Shown here: piece by piece, positions 21,948-31,858 of the stretch
Layout of the letters: each line of letters starts with the position of its first letter
Position numbering within the stretch: the first letter of the stretch is position 1
NCBI GenBank assembly: GCA_022562795.1
Contig: JADFOP010000003.1
Span: 25,197-89,196 of the forward strand
Length of the DNA stretch: 64,000 bases
Source of the DNA: Nitrospinota bacterium
Lineage (GTDB): Bacteria; JADFOP01
Direction: 5' to 3'
Made by a program: the position numbers and the translations under genes
Notes under the pieces: model-generated
What the model saw: the letters and a program-made list of their open reading frames with translations, nothing else
Told to the model about the DNA's origin: nothing
The model's database searches: none

Positions 21948-22096
21948 GAAAAAAATGGCCGGTGGGCAGGAATTTTTTGGAGCCGGTCTCCCCTCCGATA
22001 TCGGGACGCCATCAGTGACCCAACCACGATAGACGTTTAGAAAGTCTCCCTTAAGCCCGCAAAGTGGTATGAGCAAAGGGCGGTGTTGGGTCGGCC

Positions 22097-23692
22097 TCAA
22101 TGCTTGAAGTGGCGGATGCCGGTGAAAACCATCGCAATGCCGTGCTCGTTGCAGGCAGCTATAACCTCCTCATCGCGGATACTCCCACCTGGCTGGATGA
22201 CGGCTGCGATGCCCTGGGCCGCCGCCTCGTCGATGGCGTCACGGAAGGGGAAGAAGGCGTCGGAGGCCATAACGCAGCCGTGAAGGTCGCTTTGGGCCTT
22301 TTCGGCGGCGAGGCGAGCCGAGTCGACCCGGCTCATCTGCCCGGCGCCGATTCCTACGGTCCGGTCGGCGCGCGTGTAGACTATGGCGTTGGACTTAACA
22401 TGTTTGACCACTTTCCATGCAAACCGCAGGGCCGACATCTCCTCATCCGTGGGCTTCCGCTCTGTCGGGACGGTGATTTGCTCAGCCGAGAGGTCTATCG
22501 TGTCGCGCTCCTGGACGAGAACCCCCCCGAGGAGCTTCTTAATCTCCAATCCTTGGGCCACTGGCTCCGTCCCCTCACCTAGGCCGGGGCATCGTATGAG
22601 CCTCAGGGCTTTTTTCTTTGAAAGCAGAACTTGGGCCTCATCGCTGAAGGCCGGGGCGATGAGAGCCTCGACGAAAATTTTAGACAGAGCCTCGGCCAGG
22701 GATGCCTCTATTGGCCGGTTGAAGCCGATTACCCCTCCGTATGCGCTCATCGGATCACAGGCGTTGGCCTTAAGGTAGGCCTCGGTGAGGTCTTCGGCGA
22801 GGCCCACACCGCAGGGGTTGGTGTGCTTGATGATGACGCATGCAGGCACCTCGAACTCCAGGATGCAAAGCAGGGCCGCCTCTAGGTCCACCAGATTGTT
22901 GAACGAGAGCTCTTTACCGTGGAGCTGGTCGGCTTCAAGCAGCGAGGGAGCGAGTCCCGCTTCCGAGGCGTCACGGTAGAGAGCTGCGCGTTGATGCGGG
23001 TTCTCGCCGTAACGTAGCTCTTGGACGAGCTCAAGCTGTAAGGTTTTGCTGGAGGGGAATGTTTCATCCTCTTGACCGTCGGCCTCCCGCTGCTCGGCCA
23101 TGAAGGAGGAGGCGGCCGCGTCGTAGCGGGCGGTGTGGGCGAAGGCTTTGTGGGCGAGGGTGATACGGGTGGATAAGGACAGGCTACCCTCGTTGGCTTC
23201 GAGCTCCTCACCTACTGCTGGGTAGTCATTAGGATCGACTACCACGGCCACATCGCGGAAATTTTTCGCCGCAGCCCGAATCATGCTAGGTCCACCTATG
23301 TCGATCTGCCCAACCGCTTCGTCAACTGTCAAATCGGGCTTGGAGAGGGTGGCTTCGAATGGGTAAAGGTTTACCACGACGAGGTCGATGGGTCGGATGC
23401 CGTGCTCGGCTAGGGCGGACTCGTGGTCAGGGTCACCCCGTCGGGCTAGAATTCCACCGTGAATCTTCGGGTGGAGAGTTTTGACCCGACCGTCTAGAAT
23501 CTCCGGGAAACCGGTGACGTCCGAGACCTGGGTGACGGCGACTCCATTATCGGCCAGCAGCCTCGCGGTCCCGCCCGTGGAGATAATTTCCACGCCCGCA
23601 GCCACCAAGGCCTCGCAGAACTCGACCGCACCCTCCTTATCGGACAAACTGACCAGGGCCCGTGAGACCTTTCTCGGCTCCTCCACGGTCAT
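22097..23692 (-). CDS. purH: bifunctional AICAR transformylase / IMP cyclohydrolase
   Basis: [35 protein letters not shown]-like N-terminus and AICARFT C-terminus. Start trimmed to the ATG with an AGAGGGA RBS. Confidence 0.9.
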   Translation of the reverse strand: MTVEEPRKVSRALVSLSDKEGAVEFCEALVAAGVEIISTGGTARLLADNGVAVTQVSDVTGFPEILDGRVKTLHPKIHGGILARRGDPDHESALAEHGIRPIDLVVVNLYPFEATLSKPDLTVDEAVGQIDIGGPSMIRAAAKNFRDVAVVVDPNDYPAVGEELEANEGSLSLSTRITLAHKAFAHTARYDAAASSFMAEQREADGQEDETFPSSKTLQLELVQELRYGENPHQRAALYRDASEAGLAPSLLEADQLHGKELSFNNLVDLEAALLCILEFEVPACVIIKHTNPCGVGLAEDLTEAYLKANACDPMSAYGGVIGFNRPIEASLAEALSKIFVEALIAPAFSDEAQVLLSKKKALRLIRCPGLGEGTEPVAQGLEIKKLLGGVLVQERDTIDLSAEQITVPTERKPTDEEMSALRFAWKVVKHVKSNAIVYTRADRTVGIGAGQMSRVDSARLAAEKAQSDLHGCVMASDAFFPFRDAIDEAAAQGIAAVIQPGGSIRDEEVIAACNEHGIAMVFTGIRHFKH

Positions 23693-23820
23693 AACTCCCT
23701 CTGATTGATTACTTAATGAACGAAGGGTTTGCAAAAGGTGAGTTGCCGCTTCGGCGGCCCAATCTTAACCGAGCCGCCCTTTGAGTGTCAAGCTGCGCTA
23801 AGTGGTCCTCTGGGTTTGGG

Positions 23821-24564
23821 CTAGAGGCCCCCGAAGGCGTGCTGGAGGATGGCCAGAAGGGCCAGGGGAGCCGTCTCAGTCCTGAGAATCCTGGGCCCCA
23901 GGCTTGTTGCTACGAAGCCTGCCTCGGTTGCCTTGGCCACCTCGGGCGCCTCGAAGCCCCCCTCGGGCCCGACCAGGCATACTACCTTCTTCGGCCTGAT
24001 GCCTCTGGCGAGGAGCTCTCGTAGGGGTTCGCTCGCCTCCTCCCATAGAAGAAGCCGCATCTGCGTTGAGGCGGGTGGGCCGAGATCAACCAAAAAATCC
24101 TCAAGCGAGGCCAAAGGGGCGACTTCTGGCACTGATGGGCGGCGGCATTGCTTGGCCGCCTCCACGGCAACGCGACGCCAACGCTCAAGCCTCTTGGCAG
24201 CTCTCTGCCCCGAGAGACGGACCACCGCGCGCTTGGTCGAGATCGGCACGATTCGGGCGGCCCCCAGCTCAACGGCCTTCTGGAGGATAAGCTCGAACTT
24301 CCGCCCTTTTGGAAGCCCTTGGGCCAGGGTGATGGATGGAGTAGTCTCTGGAGGCGCTCCGGCGGCCTCCACCACCGTCCCTTCGACCGTCTCGTCGGCG
24401 ATCCGATCGATCCTAACCCGGCTGAGACGGCCCTCTCCGTCAGAGACCGACACAAAGTCGCCCGGCCCCAGCCGCAGCACCCGCGTTATGTGATGTACGT
24501 CGGGCCCTGTGATAGCGACCCGATTTTCCGTCATCTGCTCTGGTACGACGAAGAAGAGGCGCAC
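23821..24564 (-). CDS. rsmE: 16S rRNA (uracil1498-N3)-methyltransferase
   Basis: RsmE family pattern (PUA-like N-terminus, then LLQKAVELGAARIVPISTKR ... GPEGGF). Confidence 0.8.
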   Translation of the reverse strand: MRLFFVVPEQMTENRVAITGPDVHHITRVLRLGPGDFVSVSDGEGRLSRVRIDRIADETVEGTVVEAAGAPPETTPSITLAQGLPKGRKFELILQKAVELGAARIVPISTKRAVVRLSGQRAAKRLERWRRVAVEAAKQCRRPSVPEVAPLASLEDFLVDLGPPASTQMRLLLWEEASEPLRELLARGIRPKKVVCLVGPEGGFEAPEVAKATEAGFVATSLGPRILRTETAPLALLAILQHAFGGL

Positions 24565-24588
24565 GGCTTTTTATCCTAATAGTGCGAA

Positions 24589-25203
24589 TTATGGCGGCGG
24601 TCCGGAGGAGACGATGACCTTGGCCGGCCTCAAGATACGCTCTTTGAAGCGGTAGCCTTTCTCGATCTGATTGATGACAACTCCTTCGGGGACTTCCGAA
24701 GAGGGCTGGGTTGAGACGGCCTCGTGGATGGTGGGGTCGAAGGGCCCGCCGATGGCTTCTATGGGGTCAACGCCCTCGCGGCGGAGAAACTCTTTAAGCT
24801 CTCGCAGGGTGAGCTCGACACCGGCCACCAGGCCGTCGTGGCCGGCGTCGGACGTTGCGGCTGCCAGTGCACGCTCCAGATTGTCTACAACCGGCAGAAG
24901 CTTCTCCAGGAGCACTTCATTGGCGTAGGCGAGAACCTTCGCCCGCTCCCGCTCCATACGCTTCTTGTGGTTTTCAAATTCGGCCGCTAGTCTGAGGTAA
25001 CGTTGCTCCAGGGGCTCCGCATCTTCCTCGGGCGCCCCCGTTTCCTCTGTACCTGTCTCGGAAGAGGAAGATTCCAGAGCCCCTCCGCCCTCTCCCGGTG
25101 ACGAGGGAGCGGAGGCCTTCTCGCCGCTACGTCTCTCATCGTCGCTCTCAATGGGGATACGGCGCGCCACGGCTACGCTCTCCTTAGACCGGCTCGCCCG
25201 CAA
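24589..25203 (-). CDS. grpE: nucleotide exchange factor GrpE
   Basis: Coiled-coil plus beta-domain signature (ERERAKVLAYANEVLLEKLLPVVDNLERA ... DPTIHEAV). Overlaps the hrcA stop. Confidence 0.85.
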   Translation of the reverse strand: MRASRSKESVAVARRIPIESDDERRSGEKASAPSSPGEGGGALESSSSETGTEETGAPEEDAEPLEQRYLRLAAEFENHKKRMERERAKVLAYANEVLLEKLLPVVDNLERALAAATSDAGHDGLVAGVELTLRELKEFLRREGVDPIEAIGGPFDPTIHEAVSTQPSSEVPEGVVINQIEKGYRFKERILRPAKVIVSSGPPP

Positions 25204-26236
25204 GCAGGTGGCTCAACCTCTTGGCCGCGTAGTCGACCAGGCCCATGACCCGTGCGTACTCCATCCGCTTGGGTCCCATGATGCCAACAGCCCCCAAGGG
25301 TCCCTCACCCATCCTGTATGATTGGCTTACGACCGATAAATCGTCGAGGCCCTCTATCTCGCTCTCTTCACCGATGAAGACGCTGAGGCCATCGCTCGTC
25401 AGGCAGCGATCGAGCAAGCGGACCAGGCGGCCCTTGTCCTCGAAGGCCTGAAAGATGGTCCGCATCTTCTCGATGTCTCTTTGAATCTCAGGCGAGTTTA
25501 GAATGTTGCTCGCCCCCTCGACGATGACCTCTCCTGGGGACTCATCCATCTCCCGGCCGAAGGACTGCTCATAAAGGGCCATAGCATTCTGGAGGAGAGC
25601 GTCGTACTCGGCTTTCTCCTCGGCCATCTGCTCCAAGACCTTGACCCGGACCTCCCTGAGCGAGAGTCCCTCAAACTGACTGTTGAGGAAGTTTCCCATC
25701 TCCGTGAGTTTATCCTGGAGGAGGTCTTCATCCAACTTCACTACCTTGGTGTGGGTCATCCCCGCCTCGGAGACTAGGACGGCTAGGACCTTCTTGGGCC
25801 CAAGCCTGGCGAAGTTAATCTGCTTGAAGACGATGGTCGGGAGCCGAGGAGCGAAGACGAGCCCGGCGTGCTGGGAGAACTGGCTCAGCAGCAAGCTCGT
25901 CTGCTCGAGGAGCGACTCAATGCGCTCGAACTTGGATGGCGCCGAGAGTGTGAGGGCCTCCAGGTCATTGCTCTGGAGCCGGGGGATGGAGGTCAGGCTG
26001 TCGACGTAGTAGCGGTAACCGAAATCGGTGGGCACCCGGCCGGCCGAGGCATGGGGTTGGGCGACGAGGTCCATCTCTTCGAGATCGGCCATGACGTTGC
26101 GGATTGTGGCGGGGCTGAGGTTCAGACCGCTTTTGCGGGCTACCGTACGGCTGCCGATGGGCTCCCCGACAAGAACGTAATCCTGGATTATTGTAAAAAG
26201 AACGGTCCGTTGGCGCTCGGTAAGGGCAAGGGGCAT
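25184..26236 (-). CDS. hrcA: heat-inducible transcription repressor HrcA
   Basis: MPLALTERQRTVLFTIIQDYVLVGEPIGSRTVARK winged-helix N-terminus. 350 aa. Confidence 0.9.
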   Translation of the reverse strand: MPLALTERQRTVLFTIIQDYVLVGEPIGSRTVARKSGLNLSPATIRNVMADLEEMDLVAQPHASAGRVPTDFGYRYYVDSLTSIPRLQSNDLEALTLSAPSKFERIESLLEQTSLLLSQFSQHAGLVFAPRLPTIVFKQINFARLGPKKVLAVLVSEAGMTHTKVVKLDEDLLQDKLTEMGNFLNSQFEGLSLREVRVKVLEQMAEEKAEYDALLQNAMALYEQSFGREMDESPGEVIVEGASNILNSPEIQRDIEKMRTIFQAFEDKGRLVRLLDRCLTSDGLSVFIGEESEIEGLDDLSVVSQSYRMGEGPLGAVGIMGPKRMEYARVMGLVDYAAKRLSHLLAGEPV

Positions 26237-26258
26237 GATCGATCACACATAGGGGTCT

Positions 26259-26285
26259 TAGCACTCTATACGGTAGAGTGCCAAG
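26259..26285. promoter_or_regulatory. CIRCE-like operator upstream of hrcA-grpE
   Basis: TTAGCACTC-N9-GAGTGCCAA (one mismatch to CIRCE). A TTGACA-N17-TATCTT promoter on the minus strand lies just upstream (26292-26320). Confidence 0.7.
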
Positions 26286-26391
26286 GTCAAAAGATACAGG
26301 GCTGATGTAGTATTGTCAAGCCTCAAGAGGCGGGCGGGCATTGTCGCTCTCTCCCTTCTCGTGCTAGATTGAGCCGGGAGGTCGGCACGCG

Positions 26392-26910
26392 GTGAGCGTT
26401 AGAAAAGCCCCTAGGTTTCTTTGCGATGCCATGCTTGGGAAGCTCTGTAAGTGGCTTCGCATCGCCGGGTACGATTCGGCCTATGCCCGCCGCTCGGTCC
26501 CCCTTCAAATCGTGGACAGAGCCCGCCGGGAGGAACGCATCATCTTGACTCGGAATACAAAGCTCTTGGCCCGCGAGAACCTCCCCACCCACCTATTTAT
26601 TAAGAATAATGGGTGGGATGCCCAACTTGTAGAGGTTGCTGGCGCTTTCGGGCTTGACCTCGAGGCTCGGGCTTTCTCCCGCTGCCTGGCCTGTAACGTG
26701 GAGACAGAGCCGGTAGAGAGGCGAACCGAGGTAGAGGCCGTGGTCCCGGAGTATGTCTACCGTCGGGTGGTGGAGTTCCACTGCTGCCCTGTCTGTGGGA
26801 AGGTATTCTGGTCTGGCACCCACCTGGCAAGCATGGGCCGGCGGCTTAGGGCTGTAGCCGAGCGGGTAGATGAGCTTAAGGAGACGGGAGGCACGGTGTT
26901 GGATAAATAA
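26392..26910 (+). CDS. Mut7-C RNase-domain protein (DUF82)
   Basis: RFLCDAMLGKLCKWLRIAGYD matches the Mut7-C/PIN-like N-terminal signature. C-terminal CPVCG zinc ribbon. GTG start assumed. Confidence 0.65.
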   Translation: MSVRKAPRFLCDAMLGKLCKWLRIAGYDSAYARRSVPLQIVDRARREERIILTRNTKLLARENLPTHLFIKNNGWDAQLVEVAGAFGLDLEARAFSRCLACNVETEPVERRTEVEAVVPEYVYRRVVEFHCCPVCGKVFWSGTHLASMGRRLRAVAERVDELKETGGTVLDK

Positions 26911-27162
26911 GCAAGAAGGTTTTCGATGCCTACCCAACTGACTATTTCGGACATCACTCATCAATCCGGCTTCCCGTTTGTCCCGCCCATGCCCTGTGAA
27001 GGTTTCTTGGAAGATTTCCCCATTCCTTAAGCTGCTTAACCGACGAGCAAATTATACCGAAAAGGACTAAGGGGATTAGTATGCCCTGGCGGATTCGAGA
27101 CAAAAACGTCCGGAGCGCCGCTTCGGATGGGATCCCATGGCCTAGGAATAAGGTTTTTCATA

Positions 27163-27729
27163 ATGTCCGAACAGAAACGATGCTACGAAATCCTTGGATT
27201 GGAGCCTGGCGCGTCACCTGAAAGGGTGAAACAGGCGTATCGGGACATGGTACAGGTATGGCATCCGGATCGGTTTGAGCACGACCCCCGGCTCCAAAAG
27301 AAAGCTCAGGAGAAGCTAAAAGAAATCAACGAAGCCTACGGGAAACTGACCAACACCAATTCCGGCACAAGGGTTCGTAGAGGCAAGAGGTATGCAAAAC
27401 AATATGTCGGAGCCCAAAGGAGGGAACATTTCAGGGTAGAGTATCCATCGAGGTATAGGCCCAAACTCGTTATAGCTGAAAGTGAGTATGACGTTTTAGA
27501 CCTCTCCGAGAGCGGGGTTAGATTTTCCTGCAGCGGTGGGAGAGGGTTGGAACATAATATACAAGGAACAATAACATTCCATGATGGAGAGGACTTAGAG
27601 ATAGTAGGGGAAGTTTTCCGGTCCGGATACAACGAAATGACATTACGTCTTGTGAAAAGGGTTCCATTACAGAGGATCGTTAAGGAGCAGCGGCATCTTA
27701 TGAACGAATTATGGGTGTATGGAACGTAA
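27163..27729 (+). CDS. J-domain / PilZ-domain fusion protein
   Basis: N-terminal J domain (CYEILGLEPGASPERVKQAYRDMVQVWHPDRF; HPD tripeptide). C-terminal PilZ-like RREHFR...DLSESGVRF...GTITFHDG (RxxxR / DxSxxG c-di-GMP motifs). Lower GC than its neighbours. Confidence 0.65.
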   Translation: MSEQKRCYEILGLEPGASPERVKQAYRDMVQVWHPDRFEHDPRLQKKAQEKLKEINEAYGKLTNTNSGTRVRRGKRYAKQYVGAQRREHFRVEYPSRYRPKLVIAESEYDVLDLSESGVRFSCSGGRGLEHNIQGTITFHDGEDLEIVGEVFRSGYNEMTLRLVKRVPLQRIVKEQRHLMNELWVYGT

Positions 27730-27879
27730 GGTGGAGGCGGCATTAGGGCTTCGACCAAATTACCCTCCGGTCGGCTTTATGTGGCTACATAAATTGGGCG
27801 TTATTATCCTTTCCAACACACAACGATGGGTCCATAATATATAGATATAGATAAGGCGATTCGTTTGTAGGGGACCCTC

Positions 27880-28794
27880 GTGCAACGCGTTGTCTCTTTG
27901 ATTGCCAGCAGCACCGAAATCGTATGTGCCCTCGGCTTGGAAGACCGCTTGGTGGGCCGCTCCCACGAGTGCGACTTTCCCGAATCTGTCGCCCTCCTTC
28001 CGGTCTGCACCGAGCCCAAGTTCAACGTGGACGGCACCAGCTATGAGATCGACCAGCGGGTCAAAGCAATTCTGCAAGAAGCGCTGTCCGTCTACCGAGT
28101 CCACGCCGATACGCTGAAGCAGCTCAAGCCCGATCTCATTCTCACTCAATCCCAATGCGAGGTCTGTGCGGTTACCCTTAAGGATGTGGAGGAGGCCGTT
28201 AGCGAATGGCTTGACGCTCGCCCCCAAATTGTTTCTTTGGAGCCGAACGGCCTCTCTGACGTTTGGGCGAGTATAGCTCGGGTGGCCGAGGCGCTTGGGG
28301 CCTCCGAGCGGGGTGGCGAGCTGGTTGGTCGCCTGCAGGACCGGATGTCTGCCATAACAAAGCAAGCTCAAGCGGCGCCGTCCAGGCCGACCGTCGCATG
28401 TATTGAATGGATTGAGCCGCTAATGGCATGCGGCAACTGGGTGCCGGAGATGGTGGAGATGGCCTGGGGCGAGAATCTCTTTGGCGAGTCCGGCAAACAT
28501 TCTCCATGGATGACCTTGGAGGAGTTTTGCAGGGAGGACCCGGAGGTCGTTGTGGTTATGCCGTGCGGCTACGACATCGCCGAGACTCGGGAAAACATGC
28601 CCGCATTGACGAATAAGCCGGAGTGGCCGAGCCTTCAGGCGGTAAGAGACGGGAGGGTCTACCTACTCGACGGCAATCAGTATTTCAACCGACCGGGGCC
28701 GCGCCTGGTCGAGTCCCTGGAAATTCTCGCCGAGGTGTTGCACCCAGGCCTCTTTCAGTTCGGGCACGAGGGAAAAGGCTGGGAGTTGCTCTGA
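27880..28794 (+). CDS. BtuF/TroA-like periplasmic-binding-protein fold protein without signal peptide
   Basis: VVSLIASSTEIVCALGL, DLILTQ and VVVVMPCGY motifs typical of cobalamin/siderophore class III PBPs. No N-terminal hydrophobic leader. GTG start. Confidence 0.6.
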   Translation: MQRVVSLIASSTEIVCALGLEDRLVGRSHECDFPESVALLPVCTEPKFNVDGTSYEIDQRVKAILQEALSVYRVHADTLKQLKPDLILTQSQCEVCAVTLKDVEEAVSEWLDARPQIVSLEPNGLSDVWASIARVAEALGASERGGELVGRLQDRMSAITKQAQAAPSRPTVACIEWIEPLMACGNWVPEMVEMAWGENLFGESGKHSPWMTLEEFCREDPEVVVVMPCGYDIAETRENMPALTNKPEWPSLQAVRDGRVYLLDGNQYFNRPGPRLVESLEILAEVLHPGLFQFGHEGKGWELL

Positions 28795-28872
28795 GCGCCA
28801 GCCCCCCTTGACTTCCCCTCCGCCGGTTGCTAGATTATGTAATTCCAAGTACCAGCGAGAACTGGAGATTGG

Positions 28873-29514
28873 ATGGCGACTCGTGCCCGCTACCTGGCGA
28901 TCGAGGGCCCCATCGGAGTGGGAAAAACCTCCCTCGCCACCCGGCTGGCCGAACGCCTGGGCGGTAGGCTGGTTCTGGAGCGGGTTGAGGCGAACCCATT
29001 TCTCGCCGATTTCTACCGCGACCGAGAGCGCCTCGCCTTTCAGACCCAGATCTTCTTTTTGCTGAACCGCTACCGGCAGCAGGAAGAGCTGGCCCAGCAC
29101 GAGCTCTTTGACAGAGTCACCGTTGCGGACTATCTTTTTATTAAGGACCGCATTTTCGCATCGCTGACGTTGGACGAAGCGGAGTTCGCACTCTACACCG
29201 AAATATTCAACCTTCTGCAGGGGAAGCTCCCTCGGCCAGACTTGGCTGTCTTCCTGCAGGCCTCCACAGAGGTCTTGATGGAGCGCATTGCCCAGCGGGG
29301 GGTCGTTTACGAGAGGAACTTCGATCAGGATTATTTAGAGCGCCTCGTGAGGGCGTACAACCACTACTTCTTTCATTACCGGGCCACGCCGTTGCTCGTG
29401 GTCAACACGAACGAAGTCGATTATGTCAATAAACAGGAGGATTTCGAAAGGCTCGTTAAAAAGATAGAGACCCACGAAATGGGGACTGCCTACTTCGTAC
29501 CGCTTGGATCCTGA
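28873..29514 (+). CDS. deoxynucleoside kinase (dAK/dGK/dCK family)
   Basis: P-loop IEGPIGVGKTS, followed by ERVEANPFL and the LID region. 213 aa. Confidence 0.8.
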   Translation: MATRARYLAIEGPIGVGKTSLATRLAERLGGRLVLERVEANPFLADFYRDRERLAFQTQIFFLLNRYRQQEELAQHELFDRVTVADYLFIKDRIFASLTLDEAEFALYTEIFNLLQGKLPRPDLAVFLQASTEVLMERIAQRGVVYERNFDQDYLERLVRAYNHYFFHYRATPLLVVNTNEVDYVNKQEDFERLVKKIETHEMGTAYFVPLGS

Positions 29515-29665
29515 GAGAGGGACCGAGACGGAAGCCCCGAGGTTACGGGCCCTTAAGGAGCGTCGAGAGGCCGTCGGGAGGGTTATTTCCTCTAAGGAGG
29601 AGAAGCCCAGCCCGCTAAAGGCGGCCGGCCCGACGACGAAGGGCTCCGAAGACTCAACAAAGGGA

Positions 29666-29698
29666 AACCTTCCGGCTCGACCGGAAGGTTTTTTTGTT
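29666..29698 (+). terminator. rho-independent terminator
   Basis: AACCTTCCGG-ctcga-CCGGAAGGTT followed by TTTTTGTTG. Confidence 0.85.
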
Positions 29699-29733
29699 GC
29701 GTCCGCCCACCCCGGAGGCGAAGGGAGGAGGAT

Positions 29734-30543
29734 ATGACCGAACGGAAGAAAGTGACCGTCCCACGGGTGGTGGCCAAGAAGGCCGCTGGCGAGAAAATAA
29801 CGATGGTGACGGCTTACGATTACCCTGCGGCCCGACTGGTCGACCGAGCCGGGGTCGACATTATTCTCGTCGGCGACAGCCTGGGTATGGTGGTGCTCGG
29901 CTACGAGGACACTACCAAAGTGACCATGGACGAGATGCTTCACCACAGCCGGGCCGTGGCCCGGGCCCGCCCTCGGGCCCTAGTGGTGGGGGATATGCCG
30001 TTCGGCACCTTCCAGGCCTCGGCCGATGACGCCGTTAGAAACGCCGTTCGCTTCGTTCAAGAAGGGGGCGCCGAGGCCGTCAAGCTCGAGGGGGGCCAGG
30101 CCGTGGCGTCCGCAGCAGCCAGTATCGTCGCCGCCGGCATCCCCGTCATGGGCCACATCGGGCTCACCCCACAGAGCATTCATGCCTTGGGAGGCTACCG
30201 CGTCCAAGGTCGCACGAGCGAGGCCGAAAGCCGGCTGCTCCGCGACGCCGCCTCCCTAGAGGCCGCCGGGGTATTCGCCGTGGTGCTCGAAGGCATGCCT
30301 TTGAAGCTCGGCCGCCGCATCACCGAAGCGCTCCGGGTTCCCACAATAGGCATCGGAGCAGGGCCTCACTGCGACGGCCAGGTGCTCGTACTACATGACT
30401 TGCTGGGCTTCTTCGACGGCTTCGCCCCGAAATTCGCAAAGGCTTACGCCGATCTCAATACGGTCATCGTTGAGGCGGTCGAGCGCTTCCGCGCCGAGGT
30501 GGAGGCCGGCGCCTTTCCAGACCGCGAGCACAGCTACGAGTGA
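29734..30543 (+). CDS. panB: 3-methyl-2-oxobutanoate hydroxymethyltransferase
   Basis: ITMVTAYDYPAARL...ILVGDSLGMVVLGYEDT signature. Confidence 0.9.
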   Translation: MTERKKVTVPRVVAKKAAGEKITMVTAYDYPAARLVDRAGVDIILVGDSLGMVVLGYEDTTKVTMDEMLHHSRAVARARPRALVVGDMPFGTFQASADDAVRNAVRFVQEGGAEAVKLEGGQAVASAAASIVAAGIPVMGHIGLTPQSIHALGGYRVQGRTSEAESRLLRDAASLEAAGVFAVVLEGMPLKLGRRITEALRVPTIGIGAGPHCDGQVLVLHDLLGFFDGFAPKFAKAYADLNTVIVEAVERFRAEVEAGAFPDREHSYE

Positions 30544-31418
30544 GGGCAACAGAGGTGAGTGTGGAGATTATCGAGACGGTTCGCGCCATGCAGGCCCGCT
30601 CTGAGGAGTGGCGGGCGGCGGGGGAGACCGTCGCCCTGGTTCCCACCATGGGGGCCTTTCACGAGGCCCACCTAAATCTCATGCGGGAGGGTAGACGCCG
30701 GGCCGACCGGCTAGTTGTGAGCCTATTCGTAAACCCCACCCAGTTCGGCCCGGGTGAGGACTACGAGGCCTATCCACGGAATCTTGAAGCGGATCTTAAG
30801 GCCACTGAGGACATCGGGCTTGACGTCCTCTATCACCCCACCGCCGAAGAGATGTACCCGGAAGGCTACGCCTCTTACGTTGAGGTCGAGGGCCTGACCG
30901 ACACTCTTTGCGGGCCGAGCCGGCCGGGCCATTTTCGGGGAGTCGTGACCGTCGTGATCAAGCTCTTCACCGCGGTAAAGCCTCATGTGGCCATCTTCGG
31001 CGAAAAGGACTTCCAGCAGCTTGCTGTGATACGCCGCATGGTGGCCGATCTTCACTTAGAGATCGAGATTGTCGGGATGCCCATCGTCCGGGAGGCCGAC
31101 GGGCTGGCCATGAGCAGCCGCAACCTCTACCTCTCGGCCGAGGAGCGTCGGACGGCCTTGGGTTTGAGCAGCTCCCTGGTCATCGCCCGACAGATGATTC
31201 TCGACGGCGAGAGAGATGTCCAGACGATTGAGGAAAAGCTCCGCTCTCACATAGAAGCGGCTGGGCCGTGCACGATCGATTACGTGGCCGTGGCAGACCA
31301 AGAGACCATGGCCCTCAAAGAGACAATTGACGGCCCGCTCCTTATAGCGCTGGCCGTCAGGGTGGGCCCCGCCCGCCTCATCGACAATACGGTCATTGAA
31401 CCACCGGCCTCATCATAG
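30540..31418 (+). CDS. panC: pantoate--beta-alanine ligase
   Basis: VPTMGAFHEAHLNLMR HIGH motif. GTG start overlapping the panB stop. Confidence 0.9.
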   Translation: MRATEVSVEIIETVRAMQARSEEWRAAGETVALVPTMGAFHEAHLNLMREGRRRADRLVVSLFVNPTQFGPGEDYEAYPRNLEADLKATEDIGLDVLYHPTAEEMYPEGYASYVEVEGLTDTLCGPSRPGHFRGVVTVVIKLFTAVKPHVAIFGEKDFQQLAVIRRMVADLHLEIEIVGMPIVREADGLAMSSRNLYLSAEERRTALGLSSSLVIARQMILDGERDVQTIEEKLRSHIEAAGPCTIDYVAVADQETMALKETIDGPLLIALAVRVGPARLIDNTVIEPPASS

Positions 31419-31438
31419 GAAAGAGGGAGAGGGAGACT

Positions 31439-31798
31439 ATGCGACTGATGCTATCGTCCAAGCTTCACCGGGCCGTCGTTACCGACTCAAACGTCGACTA
31501 CGAGGGCTCGATCACCATTGATGCCGCGCTTATGGCCTCTGTGGACATCCTGCCGTACCAGCAGGTGGAGGTCTACAACATCATCAACGGAGACCGCTTC
31601 ACCACGTACGCCATCGAGGGCACGGCCAGCAGCGGCACTATCTGCATCAACGGGGCCGCCGCCCACCGGGCGAAGGTCGGCGACCGGATCATCATCTGCG
31701 CCTACCGGCCCGTTAGGGACGAAGACGCCCACGCCATCGCTCCTAAGGTCGTCGTCCTCGATGAGGCCAACCGGCCTCGGAAGGCTGTTGTGGCATAG
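31439..31798 (+). CDS. panD: aspartate 1-decarboxylase
   Basis: MRLMLSSKLHRAVVTDSNVDYEGSITID with the self-processing Gly-Ser site. Confidence 0.9.
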   Translation: MRLMLSSKLHRAVVTDSNVDYEGSITIDAALMASVDILPYQQVEVYNIINGDRFTTYAIEGTASSGTICINGAAAHRAKVGDRIIICAYRPVRDEDAHAIAPKVVVLDEANRPRKAVVA

Positions 31799-31858
31799 CC
31801 TTTCGTTGACAGACCCGCTGTCTGTCGGGTACCATCACCCCAGACTAAGGGAGGACCG

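Noticed and set aside
27730-27879. Possible cobalamin riboswitch upstream of the BtuF-like gene
   Set aside because: No B12-box (GCCACTG-like) or conserved riboswitch core is recognisable in the 150-nt spacer.
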